DNA from: Anolis carolinensis
Lineage: Eukaryota
DNA length: 64,000 nt
NCBI RefSeq assembly: GCF_035594765.1
Contig: NC_085843.1
Span: 59,256,201 to 59,320,200 of the forward strand
Direction: 5' to 3'
A program made the translations under genes and the position numbers. Positions within the stretch are counted from its first letter, which is position 1. Every line of letters starts with the position of its first letter. Under the pieces are notes generated by a model. That model had not been told where the DNA came from. It worked only from the letters and a program-made list of their open reading frames with translations, and did not search any database. Shown here one piece after another: positions 50,896-64,000 of the stretch.

Positions 50896-51128
50896 AGGCT
50901 GTGGCGCAGGCTGGAAACCAAGCCAGCTGCAACAAATCAACAAATCACTCTGACCAAGAGGTCATGAGTTTGAGGCCAGCCCGGTGCCTGCGTCTTGTCT
51001 TTGTCTCTGTTCTATGTCATGGAATTGAATGTTTGCCTTTATGTGTACAATATGATCCGCCCTGAGTCCCCTTCGGGGTGAGAAGGACAGAATATAAATG
51101 CTGTAAATAAAATAAATAAATAAATAAA
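50896..51128 (+). mobile_element. tRNA-derived SINE with L2 tail (Anolis SINE2-like)
   Basis: ggctgtggcgcaggctgg head; gatccgccctgagtcccc...gagaagg and (TAAA)n tail. Confidence 0.85.
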
Positions 51129-52069
51129 AAGAGGTAGATCTTTATTCACTTCTGAAACCAGAAGTTGGCTTCTAGTCATTTCCATTTTATTAAGAAATGC
51201 TATATCCCAGGGAAGTGATGTTGATCCCAAGACCTACAAAAGTTGGCCAACCTCTGTCTGGAATATTTACCTGCAACCTTCAGATTCATGATTCTCCAGT
51301 CATTATTCGACACTAGATATTTAATTTTCTTAGTTTTGATTCATTTTTTATTTGATGTATCATAATTTCCCCTCATTATTCATATACATTTGTAAATAAA
51401 AATCTGCATCTTTTTGTGTGTAATATATGATGTCAGGGATTATTGAGCTTTGAGCAGACATGGTATGCAGTGGAAAAAATGTATTTCACAGTCCTTTGGA
51501 AAGGAAGCATGCTGAGAAACTAAAAATACAACACTATCTAAGTTAGATGTCAGAGGAAAGTGGCTTGCTCAAAGGCAGAGTGAAATGCAGCTAGAAGCAG
51601 GAGATAACACCAAGGACCTCATCACATTGAGTTCAGTAAGCCAGGATTTTACCAGTGGATTTGCCACAGATTGTAGCAAATCGAGCAGGGGACATGGGGA
51701 ACCCATCGCCCTACACCCCACATCACCCACATTACCCTTACCTCTTTCCATGGGAAAAGCATTGTTGCTTGGCTTCCAACCCATTTTTCTCAATAAGAAC
51801 ATGGGAAGCCTCCCATGACCTCGCTACTTCCTCTTACCACAGTTTTAGCTCAGCTAAGGGATGGATCCCTGCTGGAAGTATATCTACATTGTCTGATGGA
51901 ATCTGGTGGGCTCCATCCCTGAACTGAGGTCAAACAGTTTTAGGATGGGCAATTTTGTCTTTGTGATGAGGTCGTAAGTTAGGGGAAGCCTGGTTAAGTT
52001 TGTGTACTTGAAAGTTCAACACAGTAGCTTGGATGACTGGTGTCTAGGGTAGTGACTTAGGCCATGTCT

Positions 52070-52323
52070 ATAAGGTCCCAGGTTCAAACCCCGGGAGTGG
52101 TGTGAGTGGCCACTGTTAGCTCCAGCTCCTGCCAACCTAGCAGTTCGAAAACATGCCAATGTGAGTAGATCAATAGGTACCGTTCCAGCAGGAAGGTAAC
52201 AGCGCTCCATGCAGTCATGCCAGCCACATGACCTTGGAGGTGTCTACGGACAACGCTGGCTCTTCGGCTTAGAAATGGAGATGAGCACTAACCCCCAGAG
52301 TCAGACATGACTGGACTTATCAG
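52070..52323 (+). mobile_element. Sauria SINE (5'-truncated, ends at the gap)
   Basis: Close match to 63445-63700. Confidence 0.9.
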
Positions 52324-52471
52324 NNNNNNNNNNNNNNNNNNNNNNNNNNNNNNNNNNNNNNNNNNNNNNNNNNNNNNNNNNNNNNNNNNNNNNNNNNNNN
52401 NNNNNNNNNNNNNNNNNNNNNNNNNNNNNNNNNNNNNNNNNNNNNNNNNNNNNNNNNNNNNNNNNNNNNNN
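52324..52471. other. Assembly gap
   Basis: N run. Confidence 1.
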
Positions 52472-53599
52472 GTCTTCATTATACATGGGAGTGTCCGGTA
52501 AGTATATAGTGTTTTAAACCTTTAGCTTTACTTTTCTCTACACTAAACAAAGGCAGAGGATGCTCCAGAGTTTCCAGGAAAATACACAGGCTCATGGTCA
52601 TTGGAAGAGCTGGATTGGGTCCATTTTGACCACATGGACATTGCTGTCATCATCCTTTCCCTATGCTGATCACTGCAGAGAAGGGGACAGGTCACCCCCA
52701 TTATACTCTAGAAAAGGGGGGGGAGGGAAGAAGAAGGAAGGGTTCCCCCCCTCTTTTTTAAAAAATTCAGTGTTCTAACTGTTCCAGTCATTCCAAACTA
52801 AATTCATTACTGGATATGCATTTATTTATTCATTCATTCTTTTATTCATTTACCTATTTATGTGTTCATGTTGAATATTTATGCTCCAGTCTTTAGCCAT
52901 AAAGGTTTCTACAGTGGCTTATGATCAGCTGCAGGCTTGCAATTTAAATAAGACATAATATCAATTAGAAATAAATTTGGCTATTCCTGTCTGTTCTTCT
53001 CTCCCTTCAGAGGTTACAGCAGTTGTAACTGCAGCATGGCTCCAACAAGCCACTGAGATCCAGCCATAATGGAGCTGATATCAATGCATACAGTTATTAT
53101 TGATTTCTAATGAATAGTTGATTTACCATGATAAATGAGAAAGGAAAATCTCATTATGGTATTGTTTGGGTCGTGGTTAAGGCAATTTTGATCTTCTGTT
53201 TACACTACAGCTCTCACATGGAAGTGTCAAAAAACAATTTTTAACCACAAATTTCCCACAAAACTCACAGATTTTGCCAAATGTTCTTTGCTAGCTACAG
53301 TTGTGTGTGGAAGTAGGATCTTCATTTTAATTTTAATTTGCTTTAGGTGTAAAGTCTAATGTGTGTAAGAATGAAGTAAAGATCTCAAAAGTTTTTGAAA
53401 TGGCCACATTTAATAAATTTAATTGGGCTCCAATATTTGAGTTATGGAAAGTTTGGCTTTTAATCAAACAAATATATATAAAACCCAGGAAAATTAGAAC
53501 CCAAGTGTCATGGATGGAAAATATTATTACTATTAATATTGTGTGTGTGTGTGTGTGTGTGTTTTGTACTAAGCACCCACCGAAAACTTAAGACATTTT

Positions 53600-54176
53600 G
53601 TGAAATGACATTAATAAGATTGGAATGAACTTTATTAAAATGTATTGGTTATACAGAATTATAGAAAGTTTATGTAATATAAAAAGAGATAAATTATGAT
53701 AATGATAAAATGCTATATATATCCTAACCTATTAACAATTTAAAAGATCATTGTAGAATTGTAGAATTTTCTTCATAGATAATAATCATAATAGTTTAAG
53801 AAAAGAATTAAGTAAAATAATCTGTTATGAAAAATCAAGATCAATTTCTGTTGATGAAAAAATAGAAAAGAAGATATGAAGATCATGAGATAATTTGAGA
53901 AGACCCAAGGAGATAACACCAATGGACTTAAAATTAAAATTGTTAGAATCCTCAATATTTTATGAAAAAGAGAAAAAGACTTAGTTGTAATTTTGTAAAA
54001 GAACTCCCCATACCCCAACAACCCCCATCCTCTGTTGTCTTCTTGTGACATATTAGATATTTGTAAAGATGCAATTAACCAATAAAAACTCTATTATCCC
54101 AATTTTTTCCTTCTTTTTTCCCTCACCCCCCACTCTCCAGTAAATGTTTAATAAAAACCTATTTGGAAAAAAAAAG
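53600..54176 (+). mobile_element. Possible old L1 3' remnant
   Basis: A-rich body, pyrimidine tract, AATAAA near 54150, then an A tail. Confidence 0.35.
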
Positions 54177-56437
54177 AATGAAGTGAAGGTCTCTTTCTAA
54201 GCAAGGGAAATCTAAGAAAGAGAAACTAAGCAGGGCATTCCCTAAGCTCCTATGCAAGTATAACTTTATCTTTGTGTGTGCTGTTTTCCTTCTGCATTCA
54301 TATTATCCTAAGATTCCTCGGTCTTGTTTAATAGTTGGCTACCTGGAACTGGATGAAAGCTGGCAGTATGACAGTTGGGAGCTCTATGTGCAATAGTAAT
54401 AAGGTCTTTTTAGCATGTGTTATCTAAGCAGCAGGTTTTGGTCTTTTCTGAGTTTATTTTGTGATGGCAGGGAACAAAGAAGGAGAAATAATCCCTGGGT
54501 GCTGTTTAATTAGAATGACTGATGTTTGTTCTGACATTTGGAGACAGTACTGACACTCCAGTATGCTTTTACTAGGTGATAGCCCAGTGACAGTTGACAG
54601 AACAACAGCATCTGCAAAACTAGAGGATAATAACATTTCCGTTTTTCAAGCACTTCTGGGAGAATAGATAAGCCTTGCTACAGGATCTCAAGGTCAAAAA
54701 GTCAGGCTCAGTTAAAACAAGAGAAGAATCAAGTTCTGGATTTGAAATCTTTTCTAACTTGAGATGGTTTTATTTCTTACTGCCAAGTCTTATTTTGGAA
54801 GGGTTTACAGATGCATGCCTTCTAGTGGCTGGAAATCAAGGTCAAATTGCAAATATCCAGGACAATATAAAAATGACATGGGTTGGATCTGCATTGAATT
54901 GCATTATATGTGTCAATACTGGCCATATAATGCACTTAAAACTGCATTATTTGGTATTTAGTTCCAGCCACAGTGAGCAGAAAAAAGTAGATGGATCTAA
55001 GAAAGTCAAGCATAATTTGTGTCCTCTCATTTTTTAGCCCAAGCAGTAAATCTGAGCCAGAGCTTTAAACTAATGTTTTAGCATTGTTGATCACGGCAAC
55101 CTTTAAGCGATCCATAAAGCTTCATGAAGATATGTGTGGCCACCCCATAGTCCCTTGTACTTCCCAGGATTAATCATGGCACTCAAAAGATTGTGATCTG
55201 ACATTCTGAGGATGCAATGTAACCAGACTACTGCCAAGAGTACTTGTTGAAGTCTATGTGAAAATGAACCACAGAGCAAGCAAAATAAAATGTTCCATTT
55301 TCAAGTTGGCGGCTCTTCACTATTAACAAATTAAGCAGTGACTTCAACCTCGTAGGCCATAATGGCATTAAATAATTCAAACCCCACAACGATCCATTAT
55401 TAATTCATTTCATTTTCAGATGGCCACTTTAGTAGCGAACCTTAAGATGCAGTTAGCTTGCTGTTTATTTTTAAAGTGGAAAATAGTTCTAAGCTGGAAA
55501 TAGGTCACAAGGTGTTGACATAACTTACTTGAATAGTTTGTGGGAGGAAATATTTATTCTGTTCTTCTTACAATGTGTTTTTTCTATTATTTCTTAGGGC
55601 TTATTTACAATGTTGGGGAAAATCTGTTTGGCACTGCATTTTTTCAGTCCACATTGGCCATGCAGTGACCCGTTAACACACATCATAATGAGATCACTAT
55701 AAACAACCACACATTTTCCCCTAGCAAACTCACCTCGCTGTCAGTATTTCCAATCAATCCCTTGTGTTATTTTTGGCCATATGACCATGAACACTCTCCT
55801 CCCCCCACCATACATGGAAATAATCACAGCACTAATAATAATATACTGCTATGCAAGCATCTGCACACACAAAACTTGACTTTTTAAAATCTGTGTAGGA
55901 GGTATTACCCATGTGAAAAAAATTCAACATTTTCCTTGTATGTAGTTACCATGTTAATATTATACAAATCCTTATTAAATTGAAATGGGAGTTGCATTAT
56001 CAGTCACACATTTCCTAACCATATCAGTCTTTCTTACTTGTCAATCTTACCACACATCTTGCATTCCCATCAGATAGCCTCCCTTCAGTCCCTTCCACCT
56101 AAGTGCAGGAACTTAAATTAATGGGATAAACTGAATGGGGAGGCATGAGACATATACATACACAATGAAGGGTGGGTGCTGAGTGGGTATCCAGCGCAAC
56201 AGAGGGGTTATGAGATTTTGCTTGTCAGATATGCAGGCCAAGATAAATCCCTTTAAGATCCTTTCTACAATGACATTTGCCCACCTCTCACCATACATAT
56301 ATTGAATGTCAGTTATGAAAGATAGGCTTTTGTTTCAGAAGCCCTAAAAGCATTTGGTTAATTAAATATGTGGTTAACCATTTGCATACACTGAATATTT
56401 ATTACAAAAGAAATATTGGCATAACATATACTGAATT

Positions 56438-56543
56438 TAGACCCCTTCTACACAGCTGTATAAAATCCCACAACATCTGCTTTGAACTGGGTTATATGAC
56501 AGTGTGGACTCAGATAACGCAGTTCAAAACAGATATTGTGGCC
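56438..56543. mobile_element. Harbinger-like MITE fragment
   Basis: ccccttctacacagctgtataaa...tttgaactgggttatatgacagtgtgg, as at 14510-14600. Confidence 0.55.
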
Positions 56544-57849
56544 CTTAGGAAACCACCCATGAACCTGTTCCATTCTCCAACCACCCCACCTTCAGTTTCA
56601 CAGCAATCTTGATTTGGGCCCCAAAACTCACATTGGATTTTTTTCTTGAAACTATGGAGTCAAATAGGGTTTTTTTAAAAAAAATAAATTGAATGTATGC
56701 ATTGCAGCCTAAAATATTCACGTTCACTTTGAAAATGGAGAAACATTGTTTGTTTCAAATTACCAAGATTGAGCTATGGACAGATTATTTTGCAGGTTTG
56801 GATTAAGCCTTGGAATCTTTTTGGCTGATGGCTATCCTAATGGCATCAGCTATTTCATCTGCTTGAAATTTATTCTTGGTCACATCTGCTCACATCTTAC
56901 AGAAGAACCAGCATTCTCATTCATTACCTTATTTCTATTCTAGCAGATGTTTTGTTTAGAATTAAGCTACCATCAGTTTTTCCGTGATACATACACAGAC
57001 GTTCTAATGCATCTGGCTTTCTATGTCATGTCTTGCATCCTACGATATGTTATATCTATAAATTTACTCCCAAGCAACTACATATAACTGGCCTATAACT
57101 CTCTTCTAATAGTTGAATTGTATCAGTGACTATACACTTTTTCTTTACCTATGCATCTTACCAGCAATTAACCATCTCCCATTTTCCATTTTTAATTTAA
57201 AGCATGTAAGAGTCAGTGTCACATCCCTCTACTGTAGCATGGATGACAACTCAGTAAGAAAGGGTAACCCCCTTTTTATTTCCTTCTAATAAGCATCTCA
57301 TTTAAATTCTAATTGTTGAGCTCAAAACTGAGTAGTGCAACTTCTGTGGCAACCAAAAATACTTTGTCAGATTTTGATAAATGTATCGTGATTTTCTGTC
57401 CCCCTTTTTTACATCTTGTGAATCCCTTTTAGAACTTTAACTTGAAACATAACATTGAAAATTGAACAATGACAATAAAAATCCTTTAGATTTTGAAAGA
57501 TTGAGTACAATGTACTGAAGTTATGGGTCTTAAAGACATAGAAAAACCACAGTCATTACCTTTTGAAATTATAACCATTCAATAAAAGTTCCATGTCTTA
57601 TTTTCAATAAAAATTAAGAAAGATTGATGCTGAAGGTCAATTATTTTTAGAGCTACTAACAGACAGGGCTAAACATATGTCTAAAACACTAGGGGGGGGG
57701 GATAAAAGCTGTTCACTTCTTTTCAAAAAGACAACAAAGTAGACATTAGATGGATTTCTATCAAGGCAGCATTAAACAGTTGAGACATTATCATTGTATT
57801 CAGCTAAGGAATTCACTGAAACCTCTTGTTATATATCTTTGCATATTTT

Positions 57850-58035
57850 TGTTATGTGCCTTCAAGTCATTTCTAGTTCATGACAACCCTAAGGCAAGTG
57901 TATCATAGGGTTTTCTTGGCAAGATTTGTTCAAAGGGGATTGACATAGTTTTCCACTGAGCTAAAAGAGTGCGGCTTCACCAAGATCACCCATTGTGTTT
58001 CCATGGCTAAATCCTAGTCTAACATCCAAACCAGA
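57850..58035 (-). mobile_element. Old CORE/MIR-like SINE
   Basis: gccttcaagtc...catagggttttcttggcaag...caagatcaccc. Confidence 0.55.
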
Positions 58036-59824
58036 ACAAACAGTAAATTCATCCTAATCCATGGTAGGTTTTAATAAATATCAAAACTTCCTCTCTGAAT
58101 TGAACCCCAAAATGGAATGGGAATGAGTTCATGGTTGCTGTAAACTCAGTGTAATCAATTTCATAAATCTCACCCAGCAAGTAACATATCTGTCACAGCC
58201 TGAACAAATAGTAGTTTTCTGAATCATCCTCCAAAGCAGAATGCATTGAAATAGTCTAACATGGATTGCTTTTTCTTCTGATGTGGTAGTCAATCTTCTC
58301 ATAGAAACTATCATTTCAGGGCCACAGATACATGATTAGCAAGCAACATGAACAGCTCAGAGTGAAGATGACTTCAGAGACAGAAAAAGGAGTTACATCA
58401 CTGGGTCAAGATGGAAAGGAAGTAAAAATGGTAATAGCATGAGCGTTGGATAGATATAACTTTAAAAGGTAAGTAGTTGTTATTGTTATTATATGTGATT
58501 GTAATGCTGGATGATCTCTTTGTGTTGTGAAACAGTGCCTCACAGAGCTCAAATGCATATTGGCAGAAAATTTTATGTTGCTGTAAACCAATAATAATAT
58601 ATTCAGCATTAATTTCACCTCAAGATATAGAGGTGAAAATTTTCAGTCTATGAAATAACACTTACTTTGTTCCAGTATCTGAGGCTTCCAGCCTACATCC
58701 AGCTGTTTTTGAAATATGCTAGTTGCTGAGGGTGTTTCTATGCAGAAGAAAATTGAGTCCCTTAACACTTTCCATATACCCCAAATGGGCAATGGAGAGG
58801 TTGAGTGCAGCACTACAGAGATTAATGTGAGACCTCCTCTTTGCCTAGGGAAATTAGAAAACAATCTCTTTCTAATGGTGTAAATTTGGGAGCCTAATCC
58901 CCTTTAGCCTTCATAAGAACCTAGCTCTCAACTGTAGTATTTTATCTTTAAACATCAGATCTAGACGATGCAATTCTCCACTAAAAAAGAAAAGAGAAAA
59001 GAAAAAGAATGGACTTGCAAACAGCCATTTGTTTATTCTGTTTTCTTAAATATGAACATAAATATGAGCATTGAGTTCATTATTTATCTACTGGCTGTCA
59101 GGCATTCCAGACAGAGGGCTAACTTTCACTTCCCCTTTCCATGCTCATTCTGTTGGGAATATTTTCCCTTTTTTTCTCAAACAAGATTAGCCATAAGATG
59201 ATATCTGAAGTCAAAAGAAAAGGGCGTTCAGAGATTTTTTAAAAAACCATGCCATTAAAGTCCAGTGTGTAGTCATTACAGGAGTGCATTAAGAATGTCT
59301 TGCTTGAAAAGAAGAAACAGCAGTTCATCAAAGAATGAGACTGCTTTCCAAATGATTCAGGAAAACAGAATTATTTTATTCGATGTCTGCTGCGTGTTAA
59401 ACAATAAATAAAACTGAACTTTAAATTGGGCCCAGAATGAATTGACAACAATTCCTAGAAGCTTTTTCAACACCATTCACTTGCTAAAATTTATCTCAAT
59501 GGGGAATTTCTGGAAACTGTTGGGAAGAAGTTTGAACTTTTGGAACGCTTCTGTGTATTTGTGGCAATGTTAAGAGATATACCGATATATCAGAAATATA
59601 AACTCTGTGGGACCTATTATCCCTGGACTCCTTTACATTCTTGCAGAGATACGGAGAAGTAACATGATTCCCAGCAGCCCACCACATATATTCCAGAGCA
59701 TGAGCAGACACATCAATAGACTATATCCCAATTGTGCTTTTTCAGTATAGTTGGAGAAAAACTGCATGCTTAAAGTTAGACTCTCAGTCCATAGTAGATA
59801 GATTCAAAATATAATTGAAGTGTA

Positions 59825-62821
59825 CTTTGGAGCGAAGAATATACAGACTTGGCTTTGCTATCAGAAAAGACATGATGAAGCACCTGCCCGAAAGTACCCA
59901 CTGGCATCACTGAATGACTCTCAACCCTCTGAATTAATCTTGCCAAAAACCAACAGGCAATCATCATAAATGCCTATGCACCAATGCTAGATGCTGACAA
60001 ATACATCAAGGACAATTTTTACTGTCAGCTGGACACTATCCTATTGGAGATACCTAAGGAGGACAAAATCACCCTCCTGGTGGATTTTAATGCAAGAGTC
60101 AGACAAGACTCCAACCTGTGGCCAGAGACCATAGGAAAAGTCGGGGTTGGAAACAGCAGCTCGAATGGCATCCTGCTTCTCACCAAATGTGCAGAACACA
60201 ACCTTGTCAACAACAGCACACTCTTCCGCCAGAAAAACAAGCTCAAAACATCATGGAAGCATCCCTGGTCAAAGCACTGGCATCTCTTAGACTATGTAAT
60301 TACACGTGCCAGAGATCGCTGCAATGTGCTTCTCACAAGAGCCATGACAGGTGCTGATGACTGCTGGACAGACCACAGGCTAATCTGATCCATGGTGGCT
60401 ATCAAGATCACCCCCAAACACAGACTCCAAGGAAGAAAGATGAGGCACAAAATGAACACCCAAGCCCTTCAGGTGCCCTCCAAACAAACCCTTCTCCAAA
60501 AAACACTCAAGGGTCATCTACCCACAAAACACCTCGAAAATGTTGCAGAACACTGGAACAAACTGAAGACCTCAGTTATCACAGCCTGAGGGAAAAAACC
60601 ACTGGATACCAAACTAAGAAACATCAAGATTGGTTTGATGAAAATAACAAAAAGATCCAACAGTTGATTGTTAAGAAAAGGAAAGTCTTCCAAACATGGC
60701 AGAGAGACACCAACTGTACTGTTAATAAAAAGATCTATGCCAGTGCAAAAACTGAGGTCCAAAGAAGGACCAGAGAACACAAGTACATCTGGTGGACAAA
60801 GAAGGCTGAAGAAATCCAACATTGGCAGATTCCCATGATTCTCAGGGATTTTTCTTAAAGCCACCAAGGACATCTACAGACCAAGAAATCATGGAAATCA
60901 CCCTATACGCTCATCAGGCAGAATCAAACTACTGAAGAACAGAAAATCAATCGCACTTTGGAAAGTGCGATTGGAAAGAGCTCTACCACAACCTCCTGAA
61001 TAGCAGCTCCAATGTGGCCAAAGAGGTTCTCTCACAAATACCATAACAAACCAGGGATGATCTTGCAGCACTGCCTAGTCAGCAATGCCATAAGCCAACA
61101 AAAAAAAAAGACAAAGCCAGCAGACCTGATGGGATCCCTGCTGAAATCTTTAAAGAGGGTGGTAACACAACCCTCCACCAGCTCATTGAAAAAGTGTGGG
61201 TGACTGGAAAATCCCAGCAGACTTCAAGGATGCCACCACTATCACCTTTTTCAAAACAAAACAAAAAAAGGGGGGGGGGATAGACCCTTCTAACCTCTGC
61301 TGGGAAAATCCTTGCAAGAATCCTTGCAAACTGCCTTCTATCTGTCTCAGAAGACACCCTCCCAGAATCCCAGAATGGTTTCTGCCCCTCCAGAGGAACA
61401 ATGAAGTGATCTTCACTACACAACAGCTCCAAGAAAAATGCAAGGAACAAAACCAACCTCTGTACATGGCATTCATTGACCTTGACAAGGCATTCAACAC
61501 AGTGAATCGCAGTGCTCTCTGGTGCTCTGACAAATTTGTGAACATCCTGTGGCTCCTCCACGATGACATGACGACAACAGTCTTGGACAGCAGTGGCTCC
61601 CAAAGTGACCCATTTAAAGTAGAATCAGGTGTCAAACGGGGACGTGTTATTGCCCCAACCTTATTTTCTATCTTCATTGCTATGATACTTCATCTTGTTG
61701 ATGGGAAGCTTTCCACCAGAGTGGAAATCATCTCTCGGACATATGGCAAGCTAGTTAACCTCAGCAGACTGATGACCAAACCCAAGGTCACAACAACATC
61801 TATTATAGAACTCCAATATGTTGATGACAACGTAGTCTGTGCGCATTCAGAAGAAGATCTACAAGCCACTCTAAACACCTTTGCAGAATCATACGAGAAG
61901 CTCAGCCTCTCATTGAGCATTGAGGAAACCAAAGTGCTCTTCCAGCAGGCAACATCCAATCCCTCTGCAATGCCAGGAATACAGCTTAATGGTGTAACAT
62001 TAGAAAATGATGACCATTCCTGCTAACTTGGCACAAAAGCCAACATTGACGCTGAAATACAACATCACCTGAGTTCTGCGAGTGCTGCATTTCTCCGAAT
62101 GAAGCAGAGAGTATCAGAACATCCGTAGAGAGAATCAGGACATCCGTAGGGACACCAAGGTGCTTGTTTATAAAGCTATTGTCCTCCCAACTCTGCTATA
62201 TCCCTGTGAAACATTGACTGTCTACAGACATCACACTCAACTCCTGGAAAGATTCCATCAGTGTTGCCTCTGAAAAATCCTGCAAATCTCTTTGGAAGAC
62301 AGGCAGACAAATGTCAGCGTTCTGGAAGAAGCAAAGACCATCAGCATTGAAGCGATGCTCTTACGTCATCAACTCCGCTATACTGGCCACACTGTCTGAA
62401 GGCCTGATCACCGTCTCCCAAAGCAGTTACTATACTTCCAATGCAAGAACGGAAAACGTAATGTTGGTGGACAGGAAAAGATATTTAAAGATGGGCTCAA
62501 AGCCAACCTTAAAAACTGTGGCATAGACATCGAGAACTGGAAAGCCCTGGCCCTCTAATTGGAGGTCAGCTGTTACCAACAATGCTGCAGAATTAATAGA
62601 GGTACGAATGGAGGGCTTAAGAGAGAAACGTGCCAGGAGGAAGGCACATCAAGTCAACCTTGACTGGGACCACCTTCTGTCTGGAAACAGATGTCTTCAC
62701 TGCAGAAGAACATGCGGATCAAGAATAGGTCTCCACAGCCACCTACACATCCATTGACAAGACACTACACCTGGAGGGCCATTATCCTCGAACTATGAGG
62801 GATCGCCTAAGTAAGTAAGTA
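59825..62821 (+). mobile_element. RTE-clade LINE, 5'-truncated with many stops and frameshifts
   Basis: EN motifs NAYAP, DFNARV, LDYV, TDHRL; RT motifs FIDLDKAF, SGVKRG..IAPTLF, QYVDD; C-terminal C2H2 CLHCRRTC..RIGLHSH; (TAAG)n tail. Confidence 0.92.
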
Positions 62822-63221
62822 GGGAAGTAAGTACTTTGATATTTATCATGGATCGTTTTCCCTTTATACAATTTAATTCAACACAGAAGACCTACTCAGG
62901 AGTTATAATAACAATAAGAATAAAATGATTAGGAGAAGGCTTTTTTTTTTTTAAAAAAAAGAGTTATTATCATGGTATACATTTTACTCTCCTGCTGTGG
63001 AAAAGGCTTTCTGAAGAGGGGATTGTCCTTTGTGTAGAGACTGTACACATGATTCCAGATACTGGAAATGTAGCATTCCTGAATGTGAAGAGATCTTTTG
63101 GGCACAGAGAAAGCTATCCTGTTCAGAAAACTGTTCTGCAATGGGAATATGCAAGGAAGAGTGAGACCTATGTGATCATGTTTATAACTAAGATGGATTT
63201 CTAACATCAGAATAGGGCTAA

Positions 63222-63358
63222 GGCCCCATCTACACTGCCATATAATGCAGATTAAATGCATCAGACTGGATTATATGAGTCTACACTGCCATATAAAGCA
63301 ATTCAATGTAGTTTAACTGCATTCTGAAACTGCATTATATGGCAGTGTACATAGGGCC
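63222..63358. mobile_element. PIF/Harbinger-like MITE
   Basis: TIRs ggccccatctacactgccatataatgcag / ctgcattatatggcagtgtacatagggcc with TAA/TTA flanks. Confidence 0.8.
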
Positions 63359-63366
63359 TTAATTTA

Positions 63367-63870
63367 GGCTGGATCTACACTGATATAGTAGGAGCCCTGG
63401 TGGTGAAGTGTGTTAAAGTACTGAGCTGCTGAACTTGCAGACCGAAAGGTCACAGGTTCAAATCCCGGGAGCGGCATGAGCGACCGCTGTTAGCTCCAGC
63501 TTCTGCCAACCTAGCAGTTCGAAAACATGCAAATGTGAGTAGATCAATGAGTACCGCTCCGGCGGGAAGGTAACGGCACTCCATGCAGTCATGCCGGCCA
63601 CATGACCTTGGAGGAGTCTATGGACAACGCCGGCTCTTCGGCTTAAAAATGAAGATGAGCACCAACCCCCAGAGTCAGACCTGACTGGACTTGACGTCAG
63701 GGGAAACCTTTACCTTTTTACACTGATATATAATGTAGTTTGAATCTGCATTACATGATCATTGTAGACTTATATCATGCAGTTTAATTCAGTTAAATTA
63801 CATTACCTGAGTCTACACTGACATTATAATGCAGATTCAAACTGCATTATATGATGGTGTAGATCCTGCC
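63367..63870. mobile_element. PIF/Harbinger-like MITE interrupted by a Sauria SINE
   Basis: ggctggatctacac / gtgtagatcctgcc ends with TTA/TAA flanks. Confidence 0.8.
63388..63718 (+). mobile_element. Full-length Sauria SINE
   Basis: tRNA-like head, CpG-rich body, ACCTTT tail; 12-bp TSD tacactgatata at 63376-63387 and 63719-63730. Confidence 0.95.
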
Positions 63871-64000
63871 TAAGGCCGTATTGCCATGCACACTTACTTG
63901 AAGGTAAAATCGTATTTAATTCAGTGAAACTTACTTCTGAGAAAGCATGCTTAGGGAAGTATCACACTTTTTAACCTTTGCCATTTCTCCATCATTGGTT

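Overview
AT-rich vertebrate genomic DNA with two assembly gaps (16102-16274 and 52324-52471). The repeat content (Sauria SINEs, L2-tailed tRNA SINEs, BovB, two Penelope-like clades, L1, L2, CR1, RTE, hAT, Tc1/mariner and Harbinger MITEs, Helitron) points to a squamate, most likely an anole lizard (inference). I could not identify any host protein-coding exon, so the window looks like a long intron or gene desert, and the long ORFs I could assign are all transposon-derived. Main elements: (1) a 6.9-kb full-length L1 on the minus strand (6618-13525) with an 11-bp TSD, intact ORF1, and ORF2 broken by a single frameshift in an A7 run; (2) a Neptune-type Penelope-like element (1038-3112) inserted in an LTR, flanked by a 58-bp duplication and carrying a well-formed type I hammerhead ribozyme motif; (3) a second Penelope element with inverted pLTRs, each holding a decayed minimal hammerhead; (4) a 5.2-kb composite hAT element with an exact 8-bp TSD, a BED-finger transposase pseudogene and unrelated internal DNA; (5) a Helitron carrying Penelope and MITE fragments; (6) decayed L2, CR1 and RTE LINEs, solo LTRs, many MITEs and SINEs, and several repeat-free stretches that may be conserved enhancers. 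Family names come from motif recognition, not database searches.
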